From an uncultured bacterium (GTDB taxonomy: Bacteria > SAR324 > NAC60-12), in the NCBI GenBank assembly GCA_965662235.1, contig CBFIGY010000002.1, forward strand, positions 160,001 through 224,000: a stretch of DNA of 64,000 bases. Direction: 5' to 3'. Of this stretch, positions 1-9,141 are shown one piece after another. The stretch's first letter is position 1, and every line of letters begins with the position of its first letter. The notes under the pieces were generated by a model. That model did no database searches, was not told the origin of the DNA, and worked only from the letters and a program-made list of their open reading frames with translations. A program made the translations under genes and the position numbers.

Positions 1-94
1 CGTTCCTCGAGTGAAGAAGAGCAGGTTGATGCGTTTCGTGTGGGTCACGAAGGGGCTCTTCGTCAAGGAATGCCGGCCGAATCGGTGTGGGCAT
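1..94 (-). CDS. Probable 5' end of a CDS running off the left edge (MPTPIRPAFLDEEPLRDPHETHQPALLHSRN...)
   Basis: ATG at 94-92 is open to the window edge and lies downstream of two sigma28 promoters; no family recognisable from 31 codons. Confidence 0.35.
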   Translation of the reverse strand, partial: MPTPIRPAFLDEEPLRDPHETHQPALLHSRN

Positions 95-503
95 AGCCTT
101 AGCTGGTACGTCCTGAAGGCTCTCATTCAACGGGCTGCCTGTTCCCGTTTGCGACCGGCATTGACGGCTCCGTCCCTGGAGCTTAGATCCAATCCCCTTC
201 CAAGGGGCTTCAAATCTGTTTTCTCTTCAGTAAGGGTCCACTGGGGACACTCAAAAAGGCTTCCTGCCTTTTTTCTCAGTAACGTGAGCTTCTTCAGAAG
301 CTTAAGGTTACCTCACTCACTTTCAGAGAGTCTTGACAACCCATTCCGATGGGTTGCTGCGGGTCTCAAAGGCGGGGTACGGCAACACCGCACCAGCTAT
401 ATTTGTCAAACCGCCTTCAGGATTGTTTCGGTCAAAGATCTTGTTGTGGTTCCGAGCCTGGTCCCTTGGGAGGACACAGGACTCTTTCCTAAACTCTCCT
501 CTC

Positions 504-530
504 TTATCGGCACTTCTGAGAAAACCTTTA
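504..530 (-). promoter_or_regulatory. sigma28 (FliA) promoter
   Basis: Minus strand TAAA-ggttttctcagaagt(15 nt)-GCCGATAA, an exact match to the sigma28 consensus. Confidence 0.85.
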
Positions 531-581
531 ACGCTTTTCCATTCGGTGCTCCCTCGAGAGGGTTCGCTTTCTTGCTTTCAG

Positions 582-608
582 GTATCGGCAGGGGAGGAAA
601 TTTCTTTA
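582..608 (-). promoter_or_regulatory. second sigma28 (FliA) promoter, tandem
   Basis: Minus strand TAAA-gaaatttcctcccct(15 nt)-GCCGATAC. Confidence 0.75.
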
Positions 609-779
609 ATTGGAGGGCTTAATTTTTTTCAGAATCGTGTGAGAGTCCGGGCGGGACCGGGAAGAAGGGGAAGGGGGCAGAGAGGAAAGGACGGTCAGAG
701 CGGCTTCAACAGCCGGGTCCGTTTGGCAGGGGAAATGGCGCAAGGACGCCCGCTGACGCGCTGAAACGCGCGCCAGGCA

Positions 780-1484
780 TCAGGAGACGTTTTCCTTGGC
801 AAAGAGCTCCACGAGGTTCTGCGGTGCGTGCTTCTGCAGGCCTAGGTCAAGGTGCTCCTTCAGGTGCTGCAGGTGCGACACCATGACGTCCTGGGCCCGC
901 TCGGCCTCCCGGGCACGCAGAGCGTCAATGATTGCAGCATGTTCATCGTCACGGCAGCTCGCCAGTCCCGGATCCCCATACAGTCCAATGATCAAGGAAG
1001 AACGGGCCACTAGGTCCTTCACCGCCCGCATCATGACCGCATTCCCTGCCAGCTGCGCAATGTGCGTGTGAAACAACCCTGAAAGCCGAATCGCCTCTCG
1101 TCGACGTCCGGCCACTCGCGCTTCCCGCTCGTCACGCAGGTGCTGTTCCAGCTGCGCCAGATCCGCTTCCTGCGCTCGCTCCAGAACCATCTTCACCAGC
1201 GGAGGCTCCATGATCAGGCGGGCTTCAAAGATGTCCGTGGCCTGCTGCGCCGTCGGCTTGGCCACAAATGCTCCTCGATTCGGAAGCAGCTCCACCACCT
1301 CGCGACTCGCCAGCAGCAGCAAGCTCCGGCGAATCCGCATCCGCCCCACGCCAAACGCTTCACACAGCTCCGCCTCCGACAGCTTGGTCCCTGGGCCCAG
1401 ACGCTGGTCCAGAACCGCCTCATAGATTTTTTCAACAATCCACTCCTCTTCCGCGTCTTCACGAGACTCCGGCATCAGTTGCAT
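780..1484 (-). CDS. GntR-family (FCD domain) transcriptional regulator
   Basis: N-terminal wHTH 'PGTKLSEAELCEAFGVGRMRIR...PNRGAFV'; FCD motifs 'FHTHIA' and 'EHAAIIDAL'; divergent from ABC operon. Confidence 0.93.
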   Translation of the reverse strand: MQLMPESREDAEEEWIVEKIYEAVLDQRLGPGTKLSEAELCEAFGVGRMRIRRSLLLLASREVVELLPNRGAFVAKPTAQQATDIFEARLIMEPPLVKMVLERAQEADLAQLEQHLRDEREARVAGRRREAIRLSGLFHTHIAQLAGNAVMMRAVKDLVARSSLIIGLYGDPGLASCRDDEHAAIIDALRAREAERAQDVMVSHLQHLKEHLDLGLQKHAPQNLVELFAKENVS

Positions 1485-1581
1485 AAACGATCCTCCTGTC
1501 AGTTGTTGGGCGGTGCTTTTGATTCTCAGGATAACAAACTCTCAGATGATGTCATTTTTGTCACCTCCGAAAAAATGCAGA

Positions 1582-1637
1582 CATTGTGCACCAATTCCAA
1601 GTTTTATGTTGACAAGATTGTTAACGATATGGATTAT
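1582..1637 (+). promoter_or_regulatory. sigma70 -35 (TTGACA, 1609-1614) with overlapping imperfect palindromes; candidate GntR operator
   Basis: AT-rich divergent intergenic region containing ATTGTGCACCAAT, TGTTGACAA and ATTGTTAACGAT dyads. Confidence 0.45.
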
Positions 1638-1714
1638 GCCCGGGCCAGCCTCAGGGCGCTGTCTGGCGTCTGGGCCGAGCGGCTCAAATCAATAAGCCAA
1701 GAGGAGTCATCCAA

Positions 1715-2902
1715 ATGAAGAAACGCAGCTTCCTAAAAGCAATGGCCACCACGGCCCTGTTCAGTGCCGTCTTTGGTACTTCCGCCTTCGCCGCCAATCC
1801 AGTTCTGAAGATTGGATTTGTGGGTGTGACCTCCGGACCCGCAGCGGCCTGGGGCATTTCCAATCAACGTTCGATGGAGACACGTGCTGCGTGGATCAAC
1901 GAAACCGGCGGCGTCACCATTGGTGGCACAACCTACGACGTCGAAATTGTCGCCTTTGACGACCAGAAGGACCCGAAGCGGGCCATTGCTGGAATGGAGA
2001 AGATGGCCCAAGAAGGCGTGCACTACGTGGTTGGCCCCAACGTTGACGACGGCGCTGCTGCCGTGCGTCCGGTAGCCGAGCAGAAGGGGATCATGTACTT
2101 CCCTTACGCCTTCCCGAAGTCGCTTTACACGGCTCCGGCCTCGAATGCAGTGCTGGGCATGGTGGCCAACTATCAGTCGGGCCCAGCCATCTACAAGTAC
2201 CTGATGGAAGAAAAGGGCGTCAAGACGGTCGCCTTCGTTGCAGCCAACGAGTCAGATCCGCTCAGCCAGCGAGATGGCGGCGTTGAGGCGGCCAAGGCCC
2301 TGGGCCTGGAAGTCGTCTCCAGCAACGTCACCTACCAGGTGGACACCACGGACTTCACCCCAGTGGTGCTGCCTGTGATCAAGACCCAACCGGACCTGCT
2401 CGTGCTGTCCGGAGTTTCTCCAGCCAACGCACCGCAGCTGATCCGCTCGGCCCGGGAGCTGGGATTTGAAGGCGTGATCTCCACCGAGACCGCTCAGGAC
2501 GCCAATGTCCTCAAGGAAGGTGCCGGAGACCTGGCCAACGGCTTTATCTCCGTCGGCGGCGCCTCGACCCCCCAGCTTGCTTCAGACATGATGCGGGAGT
2601 TTGTGGACCGCTACACCAAGATGTTTGGCGAGTACAACGACGAGTCCAACACCAAGGTGTACGCCCTCGAGTACATCCTTGAGACCCTGAAAGCCAACCC
2701 GAAGGCGATCAACGACGTCCAGGCCTTCCAGAAGACGATGGTCAACTTTGAGGCCCCGAACCCCTACATGGTGGGCAACGCCAAGCTCAAGTACGTGGGC
2801 ATGAGCTCATTTGGGCAGAAGCGCCAGCTGTCGGTGCCGCTGGTGGTGAACGTGTACCAGAATGGTAAGTTCGAGACCCTGTTTGTGGCTCAAGTCGACT
2901 GA
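1715..2902 (+). CDS. LIV/HAAT-family ABC transporter substrate-binding protein
   Basis: Signal peptide; 'LKIGFVGVTSGPAAAWG...INETGGV...FDDQKDP', LivJ-like type I periplasmic fold. Confidence 0.9.
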   Translation: MKKRSFLKAMATTALFSAVFGTSAFAANPVLKIGFVGVTSGPAAAWGISNQRSMETRAAWINETGGVTIGGTTYDVEIVAFDDQKDPKRAIAGMEKMAQEGVHYVVGPNVDDGAAAVRPVAEQKGIMYFPYAFPKSLYTAPASNAVLGMVANYQSGPAIYKYLMEEKGVKTVAFVAANESDPLSQRDGGVEAAKALGLEVVSSNVTYQVDTTDFTPVVLPVIKTQPDLLVLSGVSPANAPQLIRSARELGFEGVISTETAQDANVLKEGAGDLANGFISVGGASTPQLASDMMREFVDRYTKMFGEYNDESNTKVYALEYILETLKANPKAINDVQAFQKTMVNFEAPNPYMVGNAKLKYVGMSSFGQKRQLSVPLVVNVYQNGKFETLFVAQVD

Positions 2903-2960
2903 GACCTTTTTCACCGATCCGGAGGCCGCGTTGCTTCCGGATCCTCAATGAGAGCCCTCC

Positions 2961-3830
2961 ATGGAACAAATCATTGCGAACGGGCTGTACCTGGGCGCGC
3001 AGTATGCGCTGATCGCCTTGGGCCTGACCCTGATCTTCTCGCTCATGAGCGTCCTCAACTTTGCGCACGGCCAGATGTATGTGCTCGGTGGCTTTGTCAC
3101 CTACACCGTCGTTGCTCAATTTGAGATGCCGTTCCTGGTGGGACTCTTTGCCTCCGCCCTAGTGTTGGTGGTGGTTGGAGCCTTGATTGAAAAGTACCTC
3201 TTCCGCCCGGTGATTCAGAAGTCCCGGCGTGAAGAGAGCACCATGCTGCTCGCAGCCGGAATCGCCTTCTTTCTTGATGCGATCATCCTCCTGCTGTTTG
3301 GCGAGAAGCAACGGGGCGTCCCCAAGATCGTCAACGGCGTTTTCAACTGGGACTTCCGCATCATCATGCCCTACGACCGCATCCTCATTGGAGTGCTGGC
3401 CATTGGCATGATTGCCCTGTTCATTGTCTTCATGCAGAACTCCCGGGCCGGACGTGCCATGCGGGCCCTGGCTCAGGACAAAACGGCTGCGCGCCTGATG
3501 GGTGTTGACGTGGAACGCTACTCCATGCTCGGCTTTGCACTCGGCGCCATGCTGGCAGGCTTGGTCGGGGGACTGCTGGTCACGATCACCGGCATCAACC
3601 TGGGCATGGGGGGGCCCACCTCCATCAAGGCCTTCATGATGATCATGATCGGCGGCGCAGGGGTCATCTCCGGAGCCATTGCCGGCGGATTCATCCTCGG
3701 CATGATGGAAAGCGTTGGACTGACCGTCTTGGCGGCTTATGGCGACATTACCTACCTCGTCATCTTCGCCTCACTCATGATCTTCCTGTCCATCCGTCCG
3801 CAGGGACTGATGGGAAAGCCTTGGGGGTAA
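2961..3830 (+). CDS. livH: Branched-chain amino acid-type ABC permease (LivH)
   Basis: 'ALGLTLIFS...NFAHG' and 'GRAMRALAQD..AARLMG' motifs. Confidence 0.9.
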   Translation: MEQIIANGLYLGAQYALIALGLTLIFSLMSVLNFAHGQMYVLGGFVTYTVVAQFEMPFLVGLFASALVLVVVGALIEKYLFRPVIQKSRREESTMLLAAGIAFFLDAIILLLFGEKQRGVPKIVNGVFNWDFRIIMPYDRILIGVLAIGMIALFIVFMQNSRAGRAMRALAQDKTAARLMGVDVERYSMLGFALGAMLAGLVGGLLVTITGINLGMGGPTSIKAFMMIMIGGAGVISGAIAGGFILGMMESVGLTVLAAYGDITYLVIFASLMIFLSIRPQGLMGKPWG

Positions 3831-3833
3831 GTC

Positions 3834-4805
3834 ATGAACAAACACCTTGCTGGCGTCCTCGCCTTTCTGATCAGCGTTTACGGAATTGTTCCCTGGGCCA
3901 TTTCGGCCGCCGAGCGCTGGGACCTTTATTACACGCTCACTTCCGTGGCCCTGCTGTCCATTGCTTCAGCAGGAGTCTGGCTGACCTTTTACATTGGGCG
4001 CATCAACATTGGCCAGGGCGCGTATGCGCTCGCAGGAGGCTACGTTTCCGCCATTCTGGTCACTCAAGGCGAGATCAGTTTTTGGCTAACGTTGCCCCTG
4101 GCCGGGCTCTTCTGCGCAGGGTTGTCCGTGGTCATTGGCCTGCCCATTCTGCGGTTGCGGGGGGTGTACTTTGCGATGATCACCTTGGTCCTCACCGAGG
4201 TCGGGCGCCTCTCGGCCCTCGCCTTACCGATCACCAATGGCGCCAAGGGCATCACGTCCATTCCGCTTCCGGAAGCCGTCACCCTCGGTGGTCTGACGAT
4301 CATTCCGGACTTCTCTCAGATGGAAAACCCCAAGCTCGGGTTTTACTGGATGGCTGTGACCATGATGGTCCTCACCTTTGCGGTGATGTGGCGCATCGTC
4401 AACTCCCGGCTTGGGCACCTCTGCCGGTCGCTGCAGCAAAACGAAGAACTCGCGTCTTCCATTGGCGTCAACATCGCCTACCTCCGGGTGCTGGCGTACT
4501 CCATTTCGTCCTTCCTTGGAGGAATTGCAGGGGCCAGTTTTGTGGCCATTTCCCAGTCCATCTACCCCTCGTCCTTCCAGGTCACCGACAGCGTCAACTT
4601 CATGCTCAACTGCTTCCTCGGAGGCTTGGGCTACGTGTTTGGCCCCATGTTGGGAACCCTGATGCTGTACTTTGGGTGGGACCTGCTCTTCAGCACCGGC
4701 AAGTTTCAGCTGCTCATCTACTCCAGCCTCATGATCCTGCTCATGCTAGTGCTCCCGAATGGGGTGCTGAGCCTCTTTGACAAGAAAGAAGGAGGAAGGC
4801 GATGA
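3834..4805 (+). CDS. livM: Branched-chain amino acid-type ABC permease (LivM)
   Basis: 'LRLRGVYFAMITL', 'TNGAKG', 'GGLG' motifs; hydrophobic. Confidence 0.9.
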   Translation: MNKHLAGVLAFLISVYGIVPWAISAAERWDLYYTLTSVALLSIASAGVWLTFYIGRINIGQGAYALAGGYVSAILVTQGEISFWLTLPLAGLFCAGLSVVIGLPILRLRGVYFAMITLVLTEVGRLSALALPITNGAKGITSIPLPEAVTLGGLTIIPDFSQMENPKLGFYWMAVTMMVLTFAVMWRIVNSRLGHLCRSLQQNEELASSIGVNIAYLRVLAYSISSFLGGIAGASFVAISQSIYPSSFQVTDSVNFMLNCFLGGLGYVFGPMLGTLMLYFGWDLLFSTGKFQLLIYSSLMILLMLVLPNGVLSLFDKKEGGRR

Positions 4806-5584
4806 GTGCAATCTTGCAGGTGCAGGGGGTGACCAAGCGCTTTGGCGGTCTGATTGCCGTCAATAATGTCAGTTTTGAAGTGCAGACCGGAGAGATCCTG
4901 TCAGTGATTGGCCCCAACGGAGCCGGAAAGTCGACCCTCTTCAAACTGATCTCCTCCTTCCTCCGGACGTCTAGTGGCGAAGTGCTCTTCAAAGGCGAGC
5001 GGATCAACAACCTTGCGCCCCATGTGGTGGCCCGTAAGGGAGTGGTCCGGACCTTTCAGGAGACGACGATCTTCCGTTCCATGACCGTCCGGGAGAACAT
5101 TGTGGTCGCTCACCACCTGAGGGCCCGGGCTTCGCTGCTGGGGTACTTCCTCGGAACCGGTCAGGCCCGCACCGATGAAGCCGAGCTGGGCGCCTCGGCG
5201 GACGGCATCATCGACTTCCTCGGCCTCGGAGAAATCCGGCATGAGCTCGCGTCCAACCTTCCGCAGGGACACCTCCGAGCCCTCGGCATGGCGATTGGCT
5301 TGGCCACCGACCCCGCGGTCATTCTTCTCGATGAGCCCTTTGCCGGCATGAACCACGAGGAGACCATGCGCATGGTGTCGCTGGTGCGTCGGCTACGAGA
5401 CGAACGGAACGTGACCGTCTTGCTTGTCGAACACGACATGCCTGCTGTGATGAAGATCTCAGACCGCATCGTGGTCATCAACTTCGGAGAGAAGATTGCC
5501 GAAGGCACTCCCTCTGAAATTCAAAATAACCCGAAAGTCATCGAGGCCTACCTGGGCTCTGAAGATGCTGCGATTGGGATGTGA
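4802..5584 (+). CDS. livG: ABC ATP-binding protein (LivG)
   Basis: Walker A GPNGAGKST, 'RTFQ', 'LLDEPFAG', 'VIEAYLG'. Confidence 0.93.
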   Translation: MSAILQVQGVTKRFGGLIAVNNVSFEVQTGEILSVIGPNGAGKSTLFKLISSFLRTSSGEVLFKGERINNLAPHVVARKGVVRTFQETTIFRSMTVRENIVVAHHLRARASLLGYFLGTGQARTDEAELGASADGIIDFLGLGEIRHELASNLPQGHLRALGMAIGLATDPAVILLDEPFAGMNHEETMRMVSLVRRLRDERNVTVLLVEHDMPAVMKISDRIVVINFGEKIAEGTPSEIQNNPKVIEAYLGSEDAAIGM

Positions 5585-5587
5585 ACC

Positions 5588-6310
5588 ATGACCCAGATGC
5601 TGAACTTTGAAAACGTTGAGTTGTACTACGACCACGTCTATGCACTCAAGGGCGTTTCACTTGAGGTCAACCACGGGGAAACCGTTGCCCTCATCGGGGC
5701 CAACGGAGCAGGGAAGTCGTCCATCCTCCGCGCCATCACCGGACTCGCCCCAATTCAATCCGGATCCATTCACTACCTCGGCGAGCGCCTCGACGGTCAG
5801 TCCACGGACGGGATCGTCAAGAAGGGCATTGTCATGGTTCCGGAGGGACGTCGCGTGTTCCCGTACATGTCCATCAAGGACAACCTCCTCATGGGCGCCT
5901 TCACCCGGACCGACAAGGGAGAGGTTGAAGAAACCCTAGAGAGCGTCCTGCAGCGCTTCCCACGCCTTCGGGAACGGTTCCAGCAGCAGGCCGGAACCCT
6001 CTCAGGAGGTGAGCAGCAGATGATGGTGATCGGGCGGGCCCTGATGGCCAAGCCCCGGTTGCTTCTGCTGGATGAGCCCAGCCTCGGAATTGCGCCCAAG
6101 CTTGTTCAGGAAATCGCCCGGTCCATTGTGGCCATCTCGCGAGACGAGCAGGTGAGCGTGCTCCTGGTGGAACAGAACAGCCGGATGGCGCTTTCCATTT
6201 CCAACCGGACCTACGCGCTCTCAACAGGCTCAGTGGTGCTGGAAGGTGATTCCAAGGCCCTGATGGGAGATGACCGCATCAAAGCCGCCTACCTGGGAGC
6301 AGAGCTGTAA
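5588..6310 (+). CDS. livF: ABC ATP-binding protein (LivF)
   Basis: GANGAGKS, 'VPEGRRVF', LSGGEQQM, LLLDEPS. Confidence 0.93.
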   Translation: MTQMLNFENVELYYDHVYALKGVSLEVNHGETVALIGANGAGKSSILRAITGLAPIQSGSIHYLGERLDGQSTDGIVKKGIVMVPEGRRVFPYMSIKDNLLMGAFTRTDKGEVEETLESVLQRFPRLRERFQQQAGTLSGGEQQMMVIGRALMAKPRLLLLDEPSLGIAPKLVQEIARSIVAISRDEQVSVLLVEQNSRMALSISNRTYALSTGSVVLEGDSKALMGDDRIKAAYLGAEL

Positions 6311-6313
6311 GCC

Positions 6314-7030
6314 ATGAGAATCTTTGTCCTCAATCCCAACACCACCCACAGCATGACGGAGAAGATCGGTCATGCTGCTCAGCGTACGGCGTCTCCTGGC
6401 ACCGAAATCATCGCCCAGACCTCCCGGTTTGGTCCGGAGTCCATTGAGGGCTACTACGATGAAGCCATGAGCCTGGCCGGACTCCTAGCGACGCTGCGTG
6501 AGGCTCCGGAGTACGACGCGGTGGTCATTGCGTGTTTTGACGATACCGGGCTAGATGCTGCTCGTTGCCTGACCGACAAGCCAGTGGTTGGCATTGGTGA
6601 AGCGGCCTACCACATGGCGTCCCTGCTGAGCAACAAGTTCTCTGTCATCACCACCCTCGGACGCTCCGTCCCTGCCCTTGAGCACAACCTTGCCCGATAC
6701 GGACTCGATCGACGCTGCGTCCGGGTGCGCTCTTCCGAAGTGGCCGTGCTGGAATTGGAACAGGAGCACTCCAACGCCTATCGACGCATTGAGGCGGAAA
6801 TCCAGCGGGCGGTGGAAGAAGACCGGGCGGAAGCCATTGTGCTGGGCTGTGCCGGCATGACGGACCTCACAGCCTCTCTTTCAGAACGCTTCGGCATTCC
6901 GGTGCTGGATGGCGTGGCGTGTGCTGTGTCGCTCTGCGAGAGCCTGGTTCGGCTGGGCTACCGGACGTCCCGGGTTGGCGGATACGCCTTTCCGCCGCCC
7001 CACAAACGGGAGCTCCCGAGCGCTCATTGA
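6314..7030 (+). CDS. Asp/Glu/hydantoin racemase family protein (allantoin/hydantoin racemase-like)
   Basis: 'VLNPNTT..MT', 'IACFDDTGL' and 'LGCAGM' catalytic Cys motifs. Confidence 0.9.
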   Translation: MRIFVLNPNTTHSMTEKIGHAAQRTASPGTEIIAQTSRFGPESIEGYYDEAMSLAGLLATLREAPEYDAVVIACFDDTGLDAARCLTDKPVVGIGEAAYHMASLLSNKFSVITTLGRSVPALEHNLARYGLDRRCVRVRSSEVAVLELEQEHSNAYRRIEAEIQRAVEEDRAEAIVLGCAGMTDLTASLSERFGIPVLDGVACAVSLCESLVRLGYRTSRVGGYAFPPPHKRELPSAH

Positions 7031-7091
7031 CGGGCGTTTTTCCGGCTAGACGCCTCCGGTTGGGAGACATTTTCCCATGTCGCTGAAGCAC

Positions 7092-7817
7092 TCAGCCGGA
7101 TGCGTCTTCAGGCCGTGGCTTCTCGGCCCTCAGCATCTCCCGTTTCCGCCCATACCCCGGAAGCTTCTGGAGGTGAAAGCCGACCGACTGCAGCGTCCGC
7201 CGCACGGTTCCCGCCACCGTGTAGGTTGCGGCACTGCCTCCGGGCGCCGTCAGACGGAAGACCGACCGGAGCACGTCCTTGGCCCACAGGTCCGGATTCA
7301 CCCGGGGACTGAAGCCGTCGAGGTACCAGGCTTCCACCGAATGTGCCGGCCAGTGTGCCAGAGCAGAGGACGCCTCTTGAAAATCCACCGACAGCTCCAC
7401 CCCTTCCCAGCAGGCCTGCCAGCGACCCTGCGGGACCTCCGGATAGGCCTGCACCAGTGCCTGAGCCTCTGCCGCCAGCTCTGGCCAGAGTGCCACCACC
7501 GACGCCAGCTCCGGACGCGTCAGGGGGTAGCGTTCCACTGAAGCAAACCGCAGCGTCCCCGGACGTCCCTGCTGCCGCCAGGCCTGCCAGGTCGCTAGAA
7601 AGTTCAGCCCGGAGCCAAACCCGAGCTCGCCGATGCACCCCACTGGGCCGTGGTGCCAGCGGGACACCAGCCGGTTTCCTCCCAGAAACACATGCCGTGC
7701 TTCCTCCAGTCCGTCCTCCCGGGAGAAGTACACGTCTCCAAACCGGCAGGACACCGGAACTCCGTCTTCCCAGCGAACGGTGGCTTCGGGCATTCCTCTG
7801 GCCTTCTCAGTTTCCAT
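7092..7817 (-). CDS. mnmD: tRNA mnm5s2U34 methyltransferase MnmD (stand-alone MnmC methyltransferase domain)
   Basis: 'FGDVYFS..DGLEEARHVF', 'ELGFGSGLNFL', 'WYLDGFSP..NPDLW', 'GYGRKREML'. Confidence 0.9.
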   Translation of the reverse strand: METEKARGMPEATVRWEDGVPVSCRFGDVYFSREDGLEEARHVFLGGNRLVSRWHHGPVGCIGELGFGSGLNFLATWQAWRQQGRPGTLRFASVERYPLTRPELASVVALWPELAAEAQALVQAYPEVPQGRWQACWEGVELSVDFQEASSALAHWPAHSVEAWYLDGFSPRVNPDLWAKDVLRSVFRLTAPGGSAATYTVAGTVRRTLQSVGFHLQKLPGYGRKREMLRAEKPRPEDASG

Positions 7818-7924
7818 TGGGAATTCCTTGCAATAGTCCTTACACTCAGGACATCCTAGCAGGCACGACTCCGGCAGGTCACCCCGTCGCGTCCTGAACC
7901 TTCTTTTGCTGTGACAAACTGAAC

Positions 7925-9136
7925 ATGACCGAACCTTCTGCTCCTCCCCTGTCTCTCAAGCGACGCAAGGCGCTCAAGCTCCTGGGTAGCGCCGCCCTGA
8001 CGGCCGCTGTGGGCCCGTGGATCCGCCCCCGCTCAGCCTTTGCACAGACCTCCGGAGAGGTCAATGTCCTCACCTGGTCCAACTACTGCCCTCCGGGATT
8101 CGTCAAGGCCTTTCAGGAGGCCTCGGGCATCACCCTCAACCTGATCACTGTGAATTCGGACCAGGAGGTGTTCGAGCGGATGCAGGAAACCCGGGGACGC
8201 GGCATTGACGTCTGTAGCCCCTCGCACATGCTTTCCATTCAGTGGGAAACCGTGGGACTGCTGCAGCCCATTGACTACACCCGCTTGCCCAACATCCAGA
8301 ACCTGAACCCCAACATGCTTTCGGTCGGCGACTCTGACTGGAACTTCGGGGAGAACGGACCCCACTGGATTCCGCACATCTGGGGAACAGAAGGCATTGC
8401 CTGGCGCCATGACCTCTGGGAGCCGGATGCTGCACAGATCAAGGACGCCACGGGAACCACGCGACCCCAACCAAGCTACGGGGACCTCTGGCGCCCGGAC
8501 CTGCAGGGGCAGGTGATGATGCGTCCCTTCTCCGGAATGGTAGGGACCGGGCTGTACCTCGAGCAAACCGGTGAGCTGTCTCCCGGCGACATGGCCTACT
8601 CCTACAACGATGAGAAGATCATGCGCCCCATCTGGGACAAGCTGACCACCTACTGCATTCGGAACAAGCAGCAGTTCAAGCGCTTCTGGACCGACACGCC
8701 CTCTCTGAAGGCGGGTTTTGCCCAGGAAGAGATCATTTTGGGGCAGGTGTGGGATGGACCGGTGCTGACGCAGGCGTTTGAAGGCCTTCCCCTCACTTAC
8801 CGGGCGCCCATAGAAGGCGCACTGGCGTGGGTCCGGGGGCTCAGCCTTTCCGCGTATGCTGAAAATGAGGAGCAGGCCTATGCCTTTCTCGACTTCTGTT
8901 GTGATCCGGAAATGGCAGGACGCTCCATTGACGGAGGAGACGTCGCGGACTGGGGCATGCACGGCTACAACTCCGCGGTTCTGGGAGCCGATCAGTTTAC
9001 CACTGAGTCCTACGGCAAGCGCTTCGACCAGGTCTTCCCGGGCAAATCCCTCTACCAGGTCTGGCCCTGGCCCCGGGAGCCCCAGTGGTTTGCAGCCGCC
9101 CGAGCCGAGTACCTTGCTCGTTTCATGGCCGCCTGA
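7925..9136 (+). CDS. Tat-exported PotD/PotF-like (polyamine-type) extracellular solute-binding protein, orphan
   Basis: Twin-arginine signal 'KRRKALKL'; 'NVLTWSNY', 'WGTEGIAW', 'PIEGALAW'; no adjacent permeases. Confidence 0.8.
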   Translation: MTEPSAPPLSLKRRKALKLLGSAALTAAVGPWIRPRSAFAQTSGEVNVLTWSNYCPPGFVKAFQEASGITLNLITVNSDQEVFERMQETRGRGIDVCSPSHMLSIQWETVGLLQPIDYTRLPNIQNLNPNMLSVGDSDWNFGENGPHWIPHIWGTEGIAWRHDLWEPDAAQIKDATGTTRPQPSYGDLWRPDLQGQVMMRPFSGMVGTGLYLEQTGELSPGDMAYSYNDEKIMRPIWDKLTTYCIRNKQQFKRFWTDTPSLKAGFAQEEIILGQVWDGPVLTQAFEGLPLTYRAPIEGALAWVRGLSLSAYAENEEQAYAFLDFCCDPEMAGRSIDGGDVADWGMHGYNSAVLGADQFTTESYGKRFDQVFPGKSLYQVWPWPREPQWFAAARAEYLARFMAA

Positions 9137-9141
9137 CCGGT

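Noticed and set aside
11..764. Plus-strand ORFs of 203 and 143 aa
   Set aside because: No recognisable motifs, atypical composition, and they run antisense across two clear sigma28 promoters
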